IMG/VR virus record: IMGVR_UViG_3300015615_000629
Coordinates: 96,001-160,000 of that record
Strand: one strand, 5' to 3'
Source of the DNA: a virus
Lineage: Duplodnaviria; Heunggongvirae; Uroviricota; Caudoviricetes
DNA: 64,000 bases
The first letter of the stretch is position 1; every line of letters begins with the position of its first letter. Shown here one piece after another: positions 47,079 through 56,470 of the stretch. The translations under genes and the position numbers were made by a program. The notes beneath the pieces are model-generated. The model was not told where the DNA came from, ran no database searches, and worked only from the letters and a program-made list of their open reading frames with translations.

Positions 47079-47852
47079 TTAGGCAAGTGGAGACACTATA
47101 GCACGATTTTGGGCAATGTAAACTTCCGTTGGCTTGAAAAAGTTCAAATGCGACTTTTGAATACCATGATGCTCAAGACGCTGATCGGGATGGTAGTAAG
47201 ACGCATATCTAGCCAAACTAGGCCCAGTTTTGGGGTAAAAGCGAGGGTCTAAAATAAAAGATGCATCTGCTCGGGTTTCTTGTTCCCATAATTTTAGACA
47301 AACACTTGTGCTCTCGCAATTATAACAGTTATTAATATTCATACCAAAATTGAACAAAGAAGTTGTGTAATCTCCTGTAAAACGACTATTCCAAAAATCT
47401 TCTAGAATATCAATTAAACAACTACGGTGGTTAATATTCTCGACCATCGTGGGACCGAAACAAATACGCCCACTCTCAAAACGTATGTTTGGCAACCAAC
47501 CAAGGGATATCGAACCCTTATCTCTTATTGATTTGTTAGAAAACCAACAAACACCAGCAGACCGATAGTAGTGGCCAGAATGCGGCATGAACGTAATGGC
47601 CGTTCGATTGAGAGTTATGCAAAAAATAACATATGGAAATGAGAGATAATAACCACCATACGCCGTGTTAATCGTCCTGCATTTTGGTTTCAATTCAAAG
47701 AAGAATAAACAACTGGACTCACTCACTGGAATAATAAATTCGTAATCTTCGACAGACAAGTCATTACAAAAAGCAGGAAATTCAAAATCCGAAATAGAAA
47801 CTTTCAACTTCGTGCAAGATTCCCGCACCTTCTTTTCAAATTCACTCGACAT
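47079..47852 (-). CDS. E2-like conjugating enzyme (Prok-E2_D/PRTRC B-like), paralogue 10, operon-linked
   Basis: RTI....YYLSFPYVIF...LPNI...GRICFG...FWNSRFT; W...T......IL. Confidence 0.75.
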   Translation of the reverse strand: MSSEFEKKVRESCTKLKVSISDFEFPAFCNDLSVEDYEFIIPVSESSCLFFFELKPKCRTINTAYGGYYLSFPYVIFCITLNRTAITFMPHSGHYYRSAGVCWFSNKSIRDKGSISLGWLPNIRFESGRICFGPTMVENINHRSCLIDILEDFWNSRFTGDYTTSLFNFGMNINNCYNCESTSVCLKLWEQETRADASFILDPRFYPKTGPSLARYASYYHPDQRLEHHGIQKSHLNFFKPTEVYIAQNRAIVSPLA

Positions 47853-48348
47853 CTATATTAAACCTTTTCCTAATCGAGTGTATTGCTCTTTGACCACGTT
47901 GCATGGCAGCAACTCGTGAGATTCCCAGCCCATCGCCTATTTCCTGCCAGGAAAGCCCATTTAGATAATGCTGAGTTAGTATTTTTCTGTTAAGAATATC
48001 AGCATCTGTGTCGTCTGGTGATTCTGTTAAGAAATAAGATAAATCTAGGAAATCTAGTCCTGTTTCACTCCAGGTTGGTTCAAAATCTAATGATTCTGTT
48101 CGTCTTAAACGACGAGATTTTCTGCCAGAAATAATCCTATTCCGCATACAGCGAAAAGCGAATTTTGAAAAAAATGGAGTTTTGGTCTCGTCAAAAGATT
48201 TAGCCGCATCCAACAACCCATCTACAGCATCAGAATATTCCGGAGTATCTTCGACTGGACCGCTAGGAACGTAAGAACGACATATCTTACGTGCAAGCCC
48301 AAGATGTTCCGCAGCGTTAATTTTCTTTAGGGAAATCATTCGGCACAA
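47842..48348 (-). CDS. Small sigma70-family sigma factor (regions 2 and 4)
   Basis: HLGLA..I...DAVDGLLDAAKSFD....PFFSKFA...MRN; LSWQEIGDGLGISRVAAMQ. Confidence 0.8.
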   Translation of the reverse strand: MCRMISLKKINAAEHLGLARKICRSYVPSGPVEDTPEYSDAVDGLLDAAKSFDETKTPFFSKFAFRCMRNRIISGRKSRRLRRTESLDFEPTWSETGLDFLDLSYFLTESPDDTDADILNRKILTQHYLNGLSWQEIGDGLGISRVAAMQRGQRAIHSIRKRFNIDVE

Positions 48349-48844
48349 CCAAAACTTCGTATACGTCCTGTCCTATGGACAACCTGTTTGTATCAGCATC
48401 CCCTTCGATTATATCGATAAGCCGAGATAAAACTTTTTCAGAAGATATTAGATCGTTGAATTCCTTGGAGATTTTGTTACGACGAGAGAAAAACATCAAA
48501 AATCCTTACCGTAAATAACGCATTCACCTTTCCACTTTTCTGCTTTATCGTCAGATAATTGCGGAATCGGCATTAAAGATTCTAAGTCAAAGAAAAAAGC
48601 CAAGGAATTGGTACATTTTTTCCAAGTTGGCGGAAACATTCTGCCACTGTTTCTGGGATGCTTGTGTAATTTAAACTTAATCCCTAACTCCGTAAGAATC
48701 TTTTCCGCTTTGACAGTCAGAGCGGCTTTGCTAGAAGGGATTTTATTGCTAATAACCAATTCGGGCGGGTCATCGTCATCGAAACAAATATACCAATCCT
48801 CCCCATAAAGAATAGGGTTTTTGTAAAATAAACCATCAGTGGCT

Positions 48845-49075
48845 TTAACCCACGTTGGCACTAGGCTCATAAAATCCCTTTAAGTGTGCGGTGATTACGT
48901 CATCGGTGGCGTTTGTAAACAAAACACAATTACAATTATCACAAATTGCAACAGGCAAGTCGGAAATAATTAATTTCTCATGTAAAACGTAGTTTTTCAA
49001 GACGCCCTTGTTAACAGTATCTTGCTTGCAGTCGGGACACTTCCAAGGAAATGGTCTATCCGACATAATTGGCAT
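48845..49075 (-). CDS. Stand-alone YgiT/MqsA-type zinc finger
   Basis: KCPDC...IISDLPVAICDNC..V.F. Confidence 0.65.
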   Translation of the reverse strand: MPIMSDRPFPWKCPDCKQDTVNKGVLKNYVLHEKLIISDLPVAICDNCNCVLFTNATDDVITAHLKGFYEPSANVG

Positions 49076-50021
49076 CCTTTAAAGTCTCATATGCCGCTCG
49101 TGCGATACTCGGCGGCAAAGCATGAACAATATCCCTCGGAAAGAACAAAATCCAGCCAACTTCCCGTTGTAAATTTTTTATATATTCCTTCCCCAATTTT
49201 AGCTCAATAATTTTGTTTTGTAAAACTTTACATTCCTCAAACGAATTAAACGGATTCCATTCTGGAGGATTAAGAATACTGCTATATGGGTCTGGCCTCC
49301 AACCTATTATATTGATACGCAACCATGCCAAAACTTTAGCGTCATATTCTCTGGATCGTCGAACACTAATATAATGTAAGGCTAGCAACGCCCAAGCTGT
49401 CGCCGAAGCCATTAAAACAAGAAGCCACGCAATCGTGCTCATTTTCTAGCCCATACTTGTATCGTGCAGACAAAAATCAACAAACAACAAAATAAATCTG
49501 CCCAACACTCAGCAAGGCTTTGAGGCCATGCGTTCCATCCGAAATAACTATTTTCCATTACAAAGAAAATTGCAGCCAGGAAGAACAACATTATCCAACC
49601 GTAGGCAAAAAGGCAGAATCTGGTGAAGCCACAGAGATAATAACAGACTTTCCAGGTGCCGCAGGATCAGAAGTTATCTGATCTCTAATCTGTTTGCAGA
49701 AACCAGCAAATTCATCAGGCGTATACCGCATTGTCCTCTTTTCTCCCGAAGAATCCGCGTTGATATAAGTATTGGTAAAGAAATACCCATTATGGAAAAA
49801 TACTTTGTGATCCAAGGACGCCATCGTAATTCCCTGTACGTGACTGCCCTCCATTTTTGTCAAATTAATGAAAAGAGGAAATTCGTTCTTGGGAACCCTT
49901 AAAGCCCAATCGGTATCAAAAACAAACCACAACTCGCCATTCGGGCAACGCCCAATCTTCCACATCCTAATATCCTATCGTAAAAAAGACGCAAATCAAG
50001 TTAAAAACGCAACTCCAAACA

Positions 50022-52037
50022 CTACAACAACTTACGAAGACCATCTATGTCGAGTATTTTAACGTTCAACTCCCTTGCCTTGTCGCTCTTAGAACCAGAA
50101 CCAGGGCCAGCAACAAGGTAATTAACCTTTCTACCAACCGAACCCACACAGACGCCACCAAGGGATTCTACCATAGATTCCCAATGTCGTTTACCATCAT
50201 CGAAACCACCACTAAAACAAAAAGTCAAACCAGACAATTTGCCTTTCGGAGTTTGTTTCGGCTCAAGATACTGTAACAGGTTTTCAATACGATTTTTGTT
50301 TCTTTTCAGATAGGCACAAAAGACTTCGGCGGTTTTCTGCCCAACACCATCAATCTTTACATAATCTTCGACGGATGCCAAGAAAATTGCGTCTAGATTC
50401 TCAAATTCAGAAACAATCGCTTTGGCTGTTGAGTCCCCAATACCTTTAATGCCAAGAGAGGCAAGAATCTGCCAGAGCGGCAATTCAATCTTATGTTTTC
50501 TTCGGGAAGCGATTTCTTTTTGAAGATCAGAATCTTCCATTTTATCAGGAGATTCTATCAAATAAATCCCTGCCAAAGACAGCAAGGCAATTCGCTTAGA
50601 CAAACCGCTGCGGACACAATCCTTAACATCCAACTTATAGAAATCAGCAAATTCTTTAACAACCCCGCCATCAAGCAAAGATTGAAGCCGAGAAGTGCCA
50701 ACCCCTAATACGCCCATTTTCTTCAAGAAGTATTCAAGTAAACCTACGCTTCTGGCTTCGCAAAAATCATTTTCACATAAAAGTTCCGACATTTCGCCAT
50801 TTGTGGAAATCTGAGTTTTTTCGCCACAAGAAGGGCAATGACTTGGCGGAACCGTTTTCTTTTTATCACCAACAACTTCAATAACTTTTGGAATAATTTT
50901 ACCAGACTTAATTATCTTAATCTTGGTTCCAACACCAATCTTGTTACGAAGCAAAAAGCCAAGGTTGTGCATAGTGGCACGACTTACCTTAGTGCCTGCA
51001 AGGGGTGTTGGGGCAAAGTTTGCGACAGGAACAATTTTACCTGTGCGACCAACTTGCCAAGAGATAGAAGCAACAACAACTATGGCACATTCCTCGGCAA
51101 ATTTCCAAGCAATTTTACCTTTCGGATTGCCTGTAACTGGGTCGCCGTGCCGGCCAAGTTGTTCCTGATCTTCAAAATTATCAACACTTACTACAACGCC
51201 ATCGACTTCATAATCAAGATTTGGAACATTTTTCTCCATTGTTTCCAAATCGTCGAACTTGAGCCGCCTTACCTGAACAAATTGAACGCCAAGTTTTTGA
51301 TTGCACCACTTGGCACGTTCAATTTCAGTCTTATAAGGAGGACTTTTTAAGCCATCAATAGCGTAGGCAATAAAGGTAAGGCGTTGGTCTTCTACGTTTT
51401 TTGGGTCATTAAATTGACGGATACCGCCAGCGGCATGATTTCTTGGGTTGGCCCGTTCATCTTCGCCGGCTGCAATTAGTTCCTGTTGAACTATTTCAAA
51501 ATCAGACAATTTACAGATTAATTCGCCCGAAATAGAACAAGTTAAAGGCAAATTAAGAGTTTGAGGAACACCCGTTACATATTTCACTTGTTCGGTTACA
51601 TCTTCGCCAAACCTACTCTTACGCGGTCTTAGCCCAGCCTTATCAAGTTTACCATCTACGTAATAGAGTCTTAAGGCCACGCCATCCAGTTTATATGCTT
51701 GAACAAATTGAACATCGGGGATTTCGTTTTTACAGTCCACCAACCATTTATCTAGAATATCTTTTTTCTTATTTGGGTCTTCGTGGTTAGCCTTCTCGAT
51801 AGAGGTAAAGGCGGGATGGTGCTCGAACTTTCTGCCTTTTTCCTTGGCGGTTGAAGCCGTATTGAACTTGAAAATCTTAGAATTAGGATGGAGAGTACGT
51901 AGTTCAAACCTGAACATATCGTACTGGCCATTTGTAACAATGGCACCTGTATCGGGATGGATACAGGGGAGACCCTGATCGTAAAGGGTGTCCAGATGTT
52001 CAATTACACGTTCTAGTTCGTCAATTCGTGGGTTCAT
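50022..52037 (-). CDS. ligA: NAD-dependent DNA ligase
   Basis: KLDG, ANPRNHAAG, DGVVV, WQVGRTG, CPSCG Zn finger, HhH motifs, BRCT domain. Confidence 0.95.
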   Translation of the reverse strand: MNPRIDELERVIEHLDTLYDQGLPCIHPDTGAIVTNGQYDMFRFELRTLHPNSKIFKFNTASTAKEKGRKFEHHPAFTSIEKANHEDPNKKKDILDKWLVDCKNEIPDVQFVQAYKLDGVALRLYYVDGKLDKAGLRPRKSRFGEDVTEQVKYVTGVPQTLNLPLTCSISGELICKLSDFEIVQQELIAAGEDERANPRNHAAGGIRQFNDPKNVEDQRLTFIAYAIDGLKSPPYKTEIERAKWCNQKLGVQFVQVRRLKFDDLETMEKNVPNLDYEVDGVVVSVDNFEDQEQLGRHGDPVTGNPKGKIAWKFAEECAIVVVASISWQVGRTGKIVPVANFAPTPLAGTKVSRATMHNLGFLLRNKIGVGTKIKIIKSGKIIPKVIEVVGDKKKTVPPSHCPSCGEKTQISTNGEMSELLCENDFCEARSVGLLEYFLKKMGVLGVGTSRLQSLLDGGVVKEFADFYKLDVKDCVRSGLSKRIALLSLAGIYLIESPDKMEDSDLQKEIASRRKHKIELPLWQILASLGIKGIGDSTAKAIVSEFENLDAIFLASVEDYVKIDGVGQKTAEVFCAYLKRNKNRIENLLQYLEPKQTPKGKLSGLTFCFSGGFDDGKRHWESMVESLGGVCVGSVGRKVNYLVAGPGSGSKSDKARELNVKILDIDGLRKLL

Positions 52038-52054
52038 GCCAGTTACGGTACAGG

Positions 52055-52633
52055 TTAGGTTGGGTAAATCAACACTCTCTTAGCAATTGCTGACTCGTTC
52101 CAAATACACCCGCTGGACAAATCCCATCCGTTATACCAGTAGAACAATTCGTCTGCCTTACGGTTAAATCTTATGTCGATCCCATCATAATCCTTAGAAA
52201 CCTCAAACCAATCAATCAAGAATGGATGTTTAAACCGTTTATAGTCGCCACGCTGGAACGATTTTAAATATGACAATTCATTGGGTTTTATATCGCTGCA
52301 TAAAACCCCATAACGTTCGGTAAATTGTATAAACTCTTTTTGACTTCGCGGCCTAAAAACATTGCCTTGTATCTTTATTTTAAAGATACACTTGTATTCT
52401 TCAAGGCGTTTGCGGCCCCATTTGGAACCAGCAAGATAGTCGGCCCAAACGCCTCCCCATGAATACCACACGCCAAATGGTTTAATATCAATCTGTTGAT
52501 ATGTGTCAAAACGCAAATCCACATGTTTGGAAAAATGCAGTTTTTGCCTAATTGAAATGTGTCTTACGGAAACAAGATCGTTCATTGGGCTTTGCGAAAC
52601 AAGAAAAATCCCAAAACCATCCCGCCAATGCAT
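52055..52633 (-). CDS. Hypothetical phage protein
   Basis: KP.G.WYS...IDW..V..DYDGI...GWD..SGCIWN. Confidence 0.6.
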   Translation of the reverse strand: MHWRDGFGIFLVSQSPMNDLVSVRHISIRQKLHFSKHVDLRFDTYQQIDIKPFGVWYSWGGVWADYLAGSKWGRKRLEEYKCIFKIKIQGNVFRPRSQKEFIQFTERYGVLCSDIKPNELSYLKSFQRGDYKRFKHPFLIDWFEVSKDYDGIDIRFNRKADELFYWYNGWDLSSGCIWNESAIAKRVLIYPT

Positions 52634-52754
52634 CCTATCGCAGCAAATGGCCAGCCGTCAATTCCCATCACGCGAGCAAGACCTAAAAAAGAAAATCCAC
52701 CTAATATTCCAGCCATATGAACACGGGATACAATTAAGCACCATTCCATAAAAG

Positions 52755-53282
52755 TCATTTATTCACCCATTTTCTGGGTCTAATCTGCTGCGAATCGGGT
52801 GGAATTCTAAAAACCTCGATGCAAGCAATTAATTCCTTTACATCTTTTGTTCTTTGCCACTTTGTTACATCATAACCACCAAACGCACTACTCCAAAAGT
52901 ATGAGATGGCATTTTCTATTAATGGTTTCAAATAACGTTCATTCCGTCCGTGACGAGGATAAAATCTTGTCATGCATATATTGCCGTGCGGAATCTCGGA
53001 CGATCCATGAACCGCTTTTGAGTTGTCGCCCTTCATAAAACCAAAACTAAGGCCATGAAAATGAAATCCATCTGGATTTCGATAAGCATCTATTTTAAAA
53101 CAAGTTCTAGGAAATAGAAGGTACTTACTAAGAGTATTAGTGCCGTCATCATCGGCGAATCTTACTGTGCGATATCGACTAGGAAATGTTATAAAAACCT
53201 CTACACCAAGATCGACGTTTCGGTCGTGATAACGTCGATAGACTTCTGTGTATCTTTCAAAGATTTTCATCGTCTTGCCCAT
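52755..53282 (-). CDS. E2-like paralogue 11
   Basis: PSRYRTVRF...YLLFPRTCF...HGNICM...ISYFWSSAF. Confidence 0.6.
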   Translation of the reverse strand: MGKTMKIFERYTEVYRRYHDRNVDLGVEVFITFPSRYRTVRFADDDGTNTLSKYLLFPRTCFKIDAYRNPDGFHFHGLSFGFMKGDNSKAVHGSSEIPHGNICMTRFYPRHGRNERYLKPLIENAISYFWSSAFGGYDVTKWQRTKDVKELIACIEVFRIPPDSQQIRPRKWVNK

Positions 53283-53815
53283 TTTCTTGGAAAAATTTGT
53301 TTTGAATCGGGAGGAATTCTACCAATTATAGATGCGGCCCGCCCTTCGACAGTACAGAAGTAGTCATTAACATCCTCAATTTTTTTCCACAAACCGATGT
53401 AATGAGAAACAAAAAACGAACTATTCCAAAAATAATTGACTACATCCGATACAAGTGTGTCGGCGTAACGAATGGATGGAAGCCTCAAATAATTTTCCAT
53501 ACAAACAGAACCATCCCATCCAATATTTGGCAGATACCTGTGATAATAGATGATTTTTGAATTCTCATTCTTAAGGATTCCAAACTTTAAAGATTTGAAT
53601 TTAAAACCGGTTGACGTTCGAAAAACATCGATACCAAAACAGGTTGCCGGAAACAACAAATATTCATTGGTAACTCGATGACGATAATCACCCTCAAATC
53701 TAATAGTTCGATATCTGCTAGGTTCTGTAACTACAATCGTAGCAGCCAGATCAGCATCTTTTGAAAGATGCCGCTTAACTTCCCTAAGTAATCTCTTTTT
53801 CGAGAAAATTTTCAC
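53267..53815 (-). CDS. E2-like paralogue 12
   Basis: EPSRYRTIRF...YLLFPATCF...YLPNIGWDGSVCM...VNYFWNSSF. Confidence 0.7.
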   Translation of the reverse strand: MKIFSKKRLLREVKRHLSKDADLAATIVVTEPSRYRTIRFEGDYRHRVTNEYLLFPATCFGIDVFRTSTGFKFKSLKFGILKNENSKIIYYHRYLPNIGWDGSVCMENYLRLPSIRYADTLVSDVVNYFWNSSFFVSHYIGLWKKIEDVNDYFCTVEGRAASIIGRIPPDSKQIFPRKWARR

Positions 53816-53817
53816 AA

Positions 53818-54591
53818 TTACTCTCCGACATGGTGATCAATAGACATTCCAGCCTTCTTTTTCATTCTCGGCAGAATATCTCTCTTAAAGTTAAATGGCC
53901 GATATTCTCCCAAAATCTTGTTGGCATTGTCCACACCAACATCAATTGAACGCCGACTAGGAAAAAGTTTATCCAACATTGGTTCGGCTGTAGAGTGGCT
54001 GTGTCCGTAAGCTGCTATCGCACCGCGATGCATTTTATTCCAAATCGCTGGTGCGTAATGTTGCACTATAAGTAGGTCGTTGCCTACATATATCTCGTCA
54101 TAATCCTTAGCAGTTACAAACAGATTATGAATGCTCTTTTTGTCGTGATTGCCCCAAACAATATGAACGTTACGACAAATTATGCGATTACGATATTCAG
54201 AAGCACGCTCATAATAACTATGACGCACGCCATAACAGAAATCGCCAATTATTCTCAAATCTGCATCGATAGGGACAGTTTCATTTATCCTATCGATAAG
54301 ATGTGCATCCATGCGGTCTGTAGATTCCTTACAAGGCCGAAAGAATAGCCTTGCTAGTTCTTCTTTAAGTCGTCGATATTCGCTTGGAGATATAGTCAAA
54401 ACCGGCCGAGGATCACCTACATTGTCACGTTCGTAGGCTTTTACAAGCGGTTCGATAGCATCAATATCGTCAAGCCGTTTTTGCTCATCGGGATTGAGAA
54501 AGGGCCGATGGCAATATTTCAAAATGTTTGAATGGCCAACGTGCAAATCAGCTGTCAGAAATAGTTCTTCAGGGTCTATGTTGTTTTTCAT
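53818..54591 (-). CDS. Calcineurin-like metallophosphoesterase
   Basis: DLHVGH, GDF, GNHD, GHSH, DVGVD. Confidence 0.9.
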   Translation of the reverse strand: MKNNIDPEELFLTADLHVGHSNILKYCHRPFLNPDEQKRLDDIDAIEPLVKAYERDNVGDPRPVLTISPSEYRRLKEELARLFFRPCKESTDRMDAHLIDRINETVPIDADLRIIGDFCYGVRHSYYERASEYRNRIICRNVHIVWGNHDKKSIHNLFVTAKDYDEIYVGNDLLIVQHYAPAIWNKMHRGAIAAYGHSHSTAEPMLDKLFPSRRSIDVGVDNANKILGEYRPFNFKRDILPRMKKKAGMSIDHHVGE

Positions 54592-54597
54592 CCATGC

Positions 54598-54625
54598 ATT
54601 CTAGCACAGATAATTTAACCGTCAA
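54598..54625 (-). promoter_or_regulatory. Sigma70-type promoter, probably leaderless mRNA
   Basis: TTGACG-16 nt (ending TGTGC)-TAGAAT, 6 nt before the ATG. Confidence 0.7.
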
Positions 54626-54936
54626 TCAAGCAGCAATCCAATGTTTTCCCTCAAGACCGACTCAGTTTGTAACCCCTTGACAATCTTAGAGATAGCACCA
54701 TTCTTGAAAAAGTAGATTGCTGGAATGGCATCAATGTTATAGGTGGAAGCCAAATCGTAATTTTCATCTACGTTAACCTTACCTATTTTTACTTTTCCAG
54801 AAAATTCTTTTTCTAGTTTTTCAATCAAGGGAGTCATGGCGTTACAAGGGCGGCACCAAGGAGCCCAAAAATCTACCACAACCGGTATTTGTGACTTAAT
54901 AACCTCTTGCTCAAAATTACTTGAAGTAAAGTTCAT
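54622..54936 (-). CDS. trxA: Thioredoxin
   Basis: VVDFWAPWCRPC, KVNVDEN, IP. Confidence 0.95.
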   Translation of the reverse strand: MNFTSSNFEQEVIKSQIPVVVDFWAPWCRPCNAMTPLIEKLEKEFSGKVKIGKVNVDENYDLASTYNIDAIPAIYFFKNGAISKIVKGLQTESVLRENIGLLLD

Positions 54937-55433
54937 GCTTTAAACCGAGCCTTTCCTTTAAAATGCATAAATTCGAAAACATAAGCCTGATTATCATTAT
55001 CTGAATCATAATGATCTGTTAGTATCTGAACAGCCCTAAAACCCAAATCTTTAAAAAATAAATGGGCTTGAAGGTTGTAATCCACGATTATAGCCTGCAA
55101 CAATCCATTATTGGCTTTTGTAAAAACCGCTTTTTTTAATTGTTCCACCATTTGGGTGGCGACCTTTTTTCGACGATATTCCTCTTTAACGGCAATATTG
55201 ATGATTTCATAATAATCCGGCCCGTCACGAGTAATATACATATAACCAACAATTTCCTCTTCTTCCGTCTCAGCTACAAAGGCTAATACATCTTCATCTT
55301 TTATAAATTTAGATATTTCCGCCAATGTCCACGGTGTTGGGAAACTTTCCGATTCAATTTTTGAAATTTGTTTGCAATGCTTTTGGCATGCTCGTCGAAT
55401 AGAGATCATACCAATATTTAGTTCTGTTAACAT
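54933..55433 (-). CDS. RimI-like GNAT acetyltransferase
   Basis: IESESF..PW, EIINIAV.EEYRRK.VA, N..A..F...LGF. Confidence 0.85.
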   Translation of the reverse strand: MLTELNIGMISIRRACQKHCKQISKIESESFPTPWTLAEISKFIKDEDVLAFVAETEEEEIVGYMYITRDGPDYYEIINIAVKEEYRRKKVATQMVEQLKKAVFTKANNGLLQAIIVDYNLQAHLFFKDLGFRAVQILTDHYDSDNDNQAYVFEFMHFKGKARFKA

Positions 55434-56177
55434 GATGATTTTTGAGCAACTAAATCACATAACCAGTAACAATAATTCTCCGTCAGAGGTAGAACTTTAT
55501 TGTGCCAAGAGTTAAATAACCGCTCATCCTTTCCTAAAAACAAATTAATCCTTCCAAGACGCTCTTTATGTGAAATTGAAGCGTCCAACGAAGCCAAAAG
55601 ATTCTTATCTTTATCGAATTTACAGATTTGATCGTCAAAACAGTAGCAAAACGTCTCCCAAGCAAACAATTTAACCTCTTCCTTGGAAGATATTAAAGAC
55701 TTGGAATTCGCCTCGTTTGCCCAATTTAACAGAAATGATTCATAATTGTCCCACTCAATCCACATTTCCTTGCCAATAGTTTGAAAAAGCGAATTTCTAG
55801 AAGGAGATAAGAATTTGATAATATAAATGTTAGAATCCCAGCCAATTGACATAATTAGCCTGGAAATCTTGTCGTCTATCTCATCTTTGAAGAAAAGATA
55901 CCCAGATTCGACATGATGCACGAAAGGCAGATTAATTTTGTTTCTTTTTAGATATTCTTCACACAAAAGCATTCAATCTACCTTAAACCTGGAAGATAAG
56001 AAGATATCTGGATCGTGTTCCCAGACATAACGCTCTTCGTTCCATATAATTGGAAATTCCGTAGGTACTTCCAACAGAAGAGTATAGAGATGAGCGGCAT
56101 TTTCAGCCCTTTCCACGGTTCTGTGGAACAATAAAGGGTGAATGTCTGGAAATTGTTCTTTAATTGAGTTAATTATT

Positions 56178-56468
56178 TCAGGACTTATCATGCATTTTTC
56201 GTCGCATTTCTAGGAATCTATTGAGTTTATATCTGCTATAAACATAGCAGAAAATAACACCACCTAAAACGCCCATTATTATCCCAGATGGAGAAAATGG
56301 GTTGCCATGTCCAATCAAGAAATTTACAAATCCACCAATATAAGAACCAACAATTCCAATACCAATCGTTTGCAAAAATCCTACCGGCACTTCTGGCTTA
56401 TTGTACAACATCCTAGAAATAAAACCAACTATAAATCCATAAATTGCCCAACCAAGTAAAAATAACAT
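56178..56468 (-). CDS. GlsB/YeaQ/YmgE (transglycosylase-associated) membrane protein
   Basis: GFIVGFISR...TI.IGIVGS.IGG...GVLGGVI. Confidence 0.8.
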   Translation of the reverse strand: MLFLLGWAIYGFIVGFISRMLYNKPEVPVGFLQTIGIGIVGSYIGGFVNFLIGHGNPFSPSGIIMGVLGGVIFCYVYSRYKLNRFLEMRRKMHDKS

Positions 56469-56470
56469 TT

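Noticed and set aside
958-53815. Diversity-generating retroelement as the source of the E2-like paralogues
   Set aside because: No reverse transcriptase and no near-identical TR/VR pair with adenine-specific differences; divergence spans the whole proteins.
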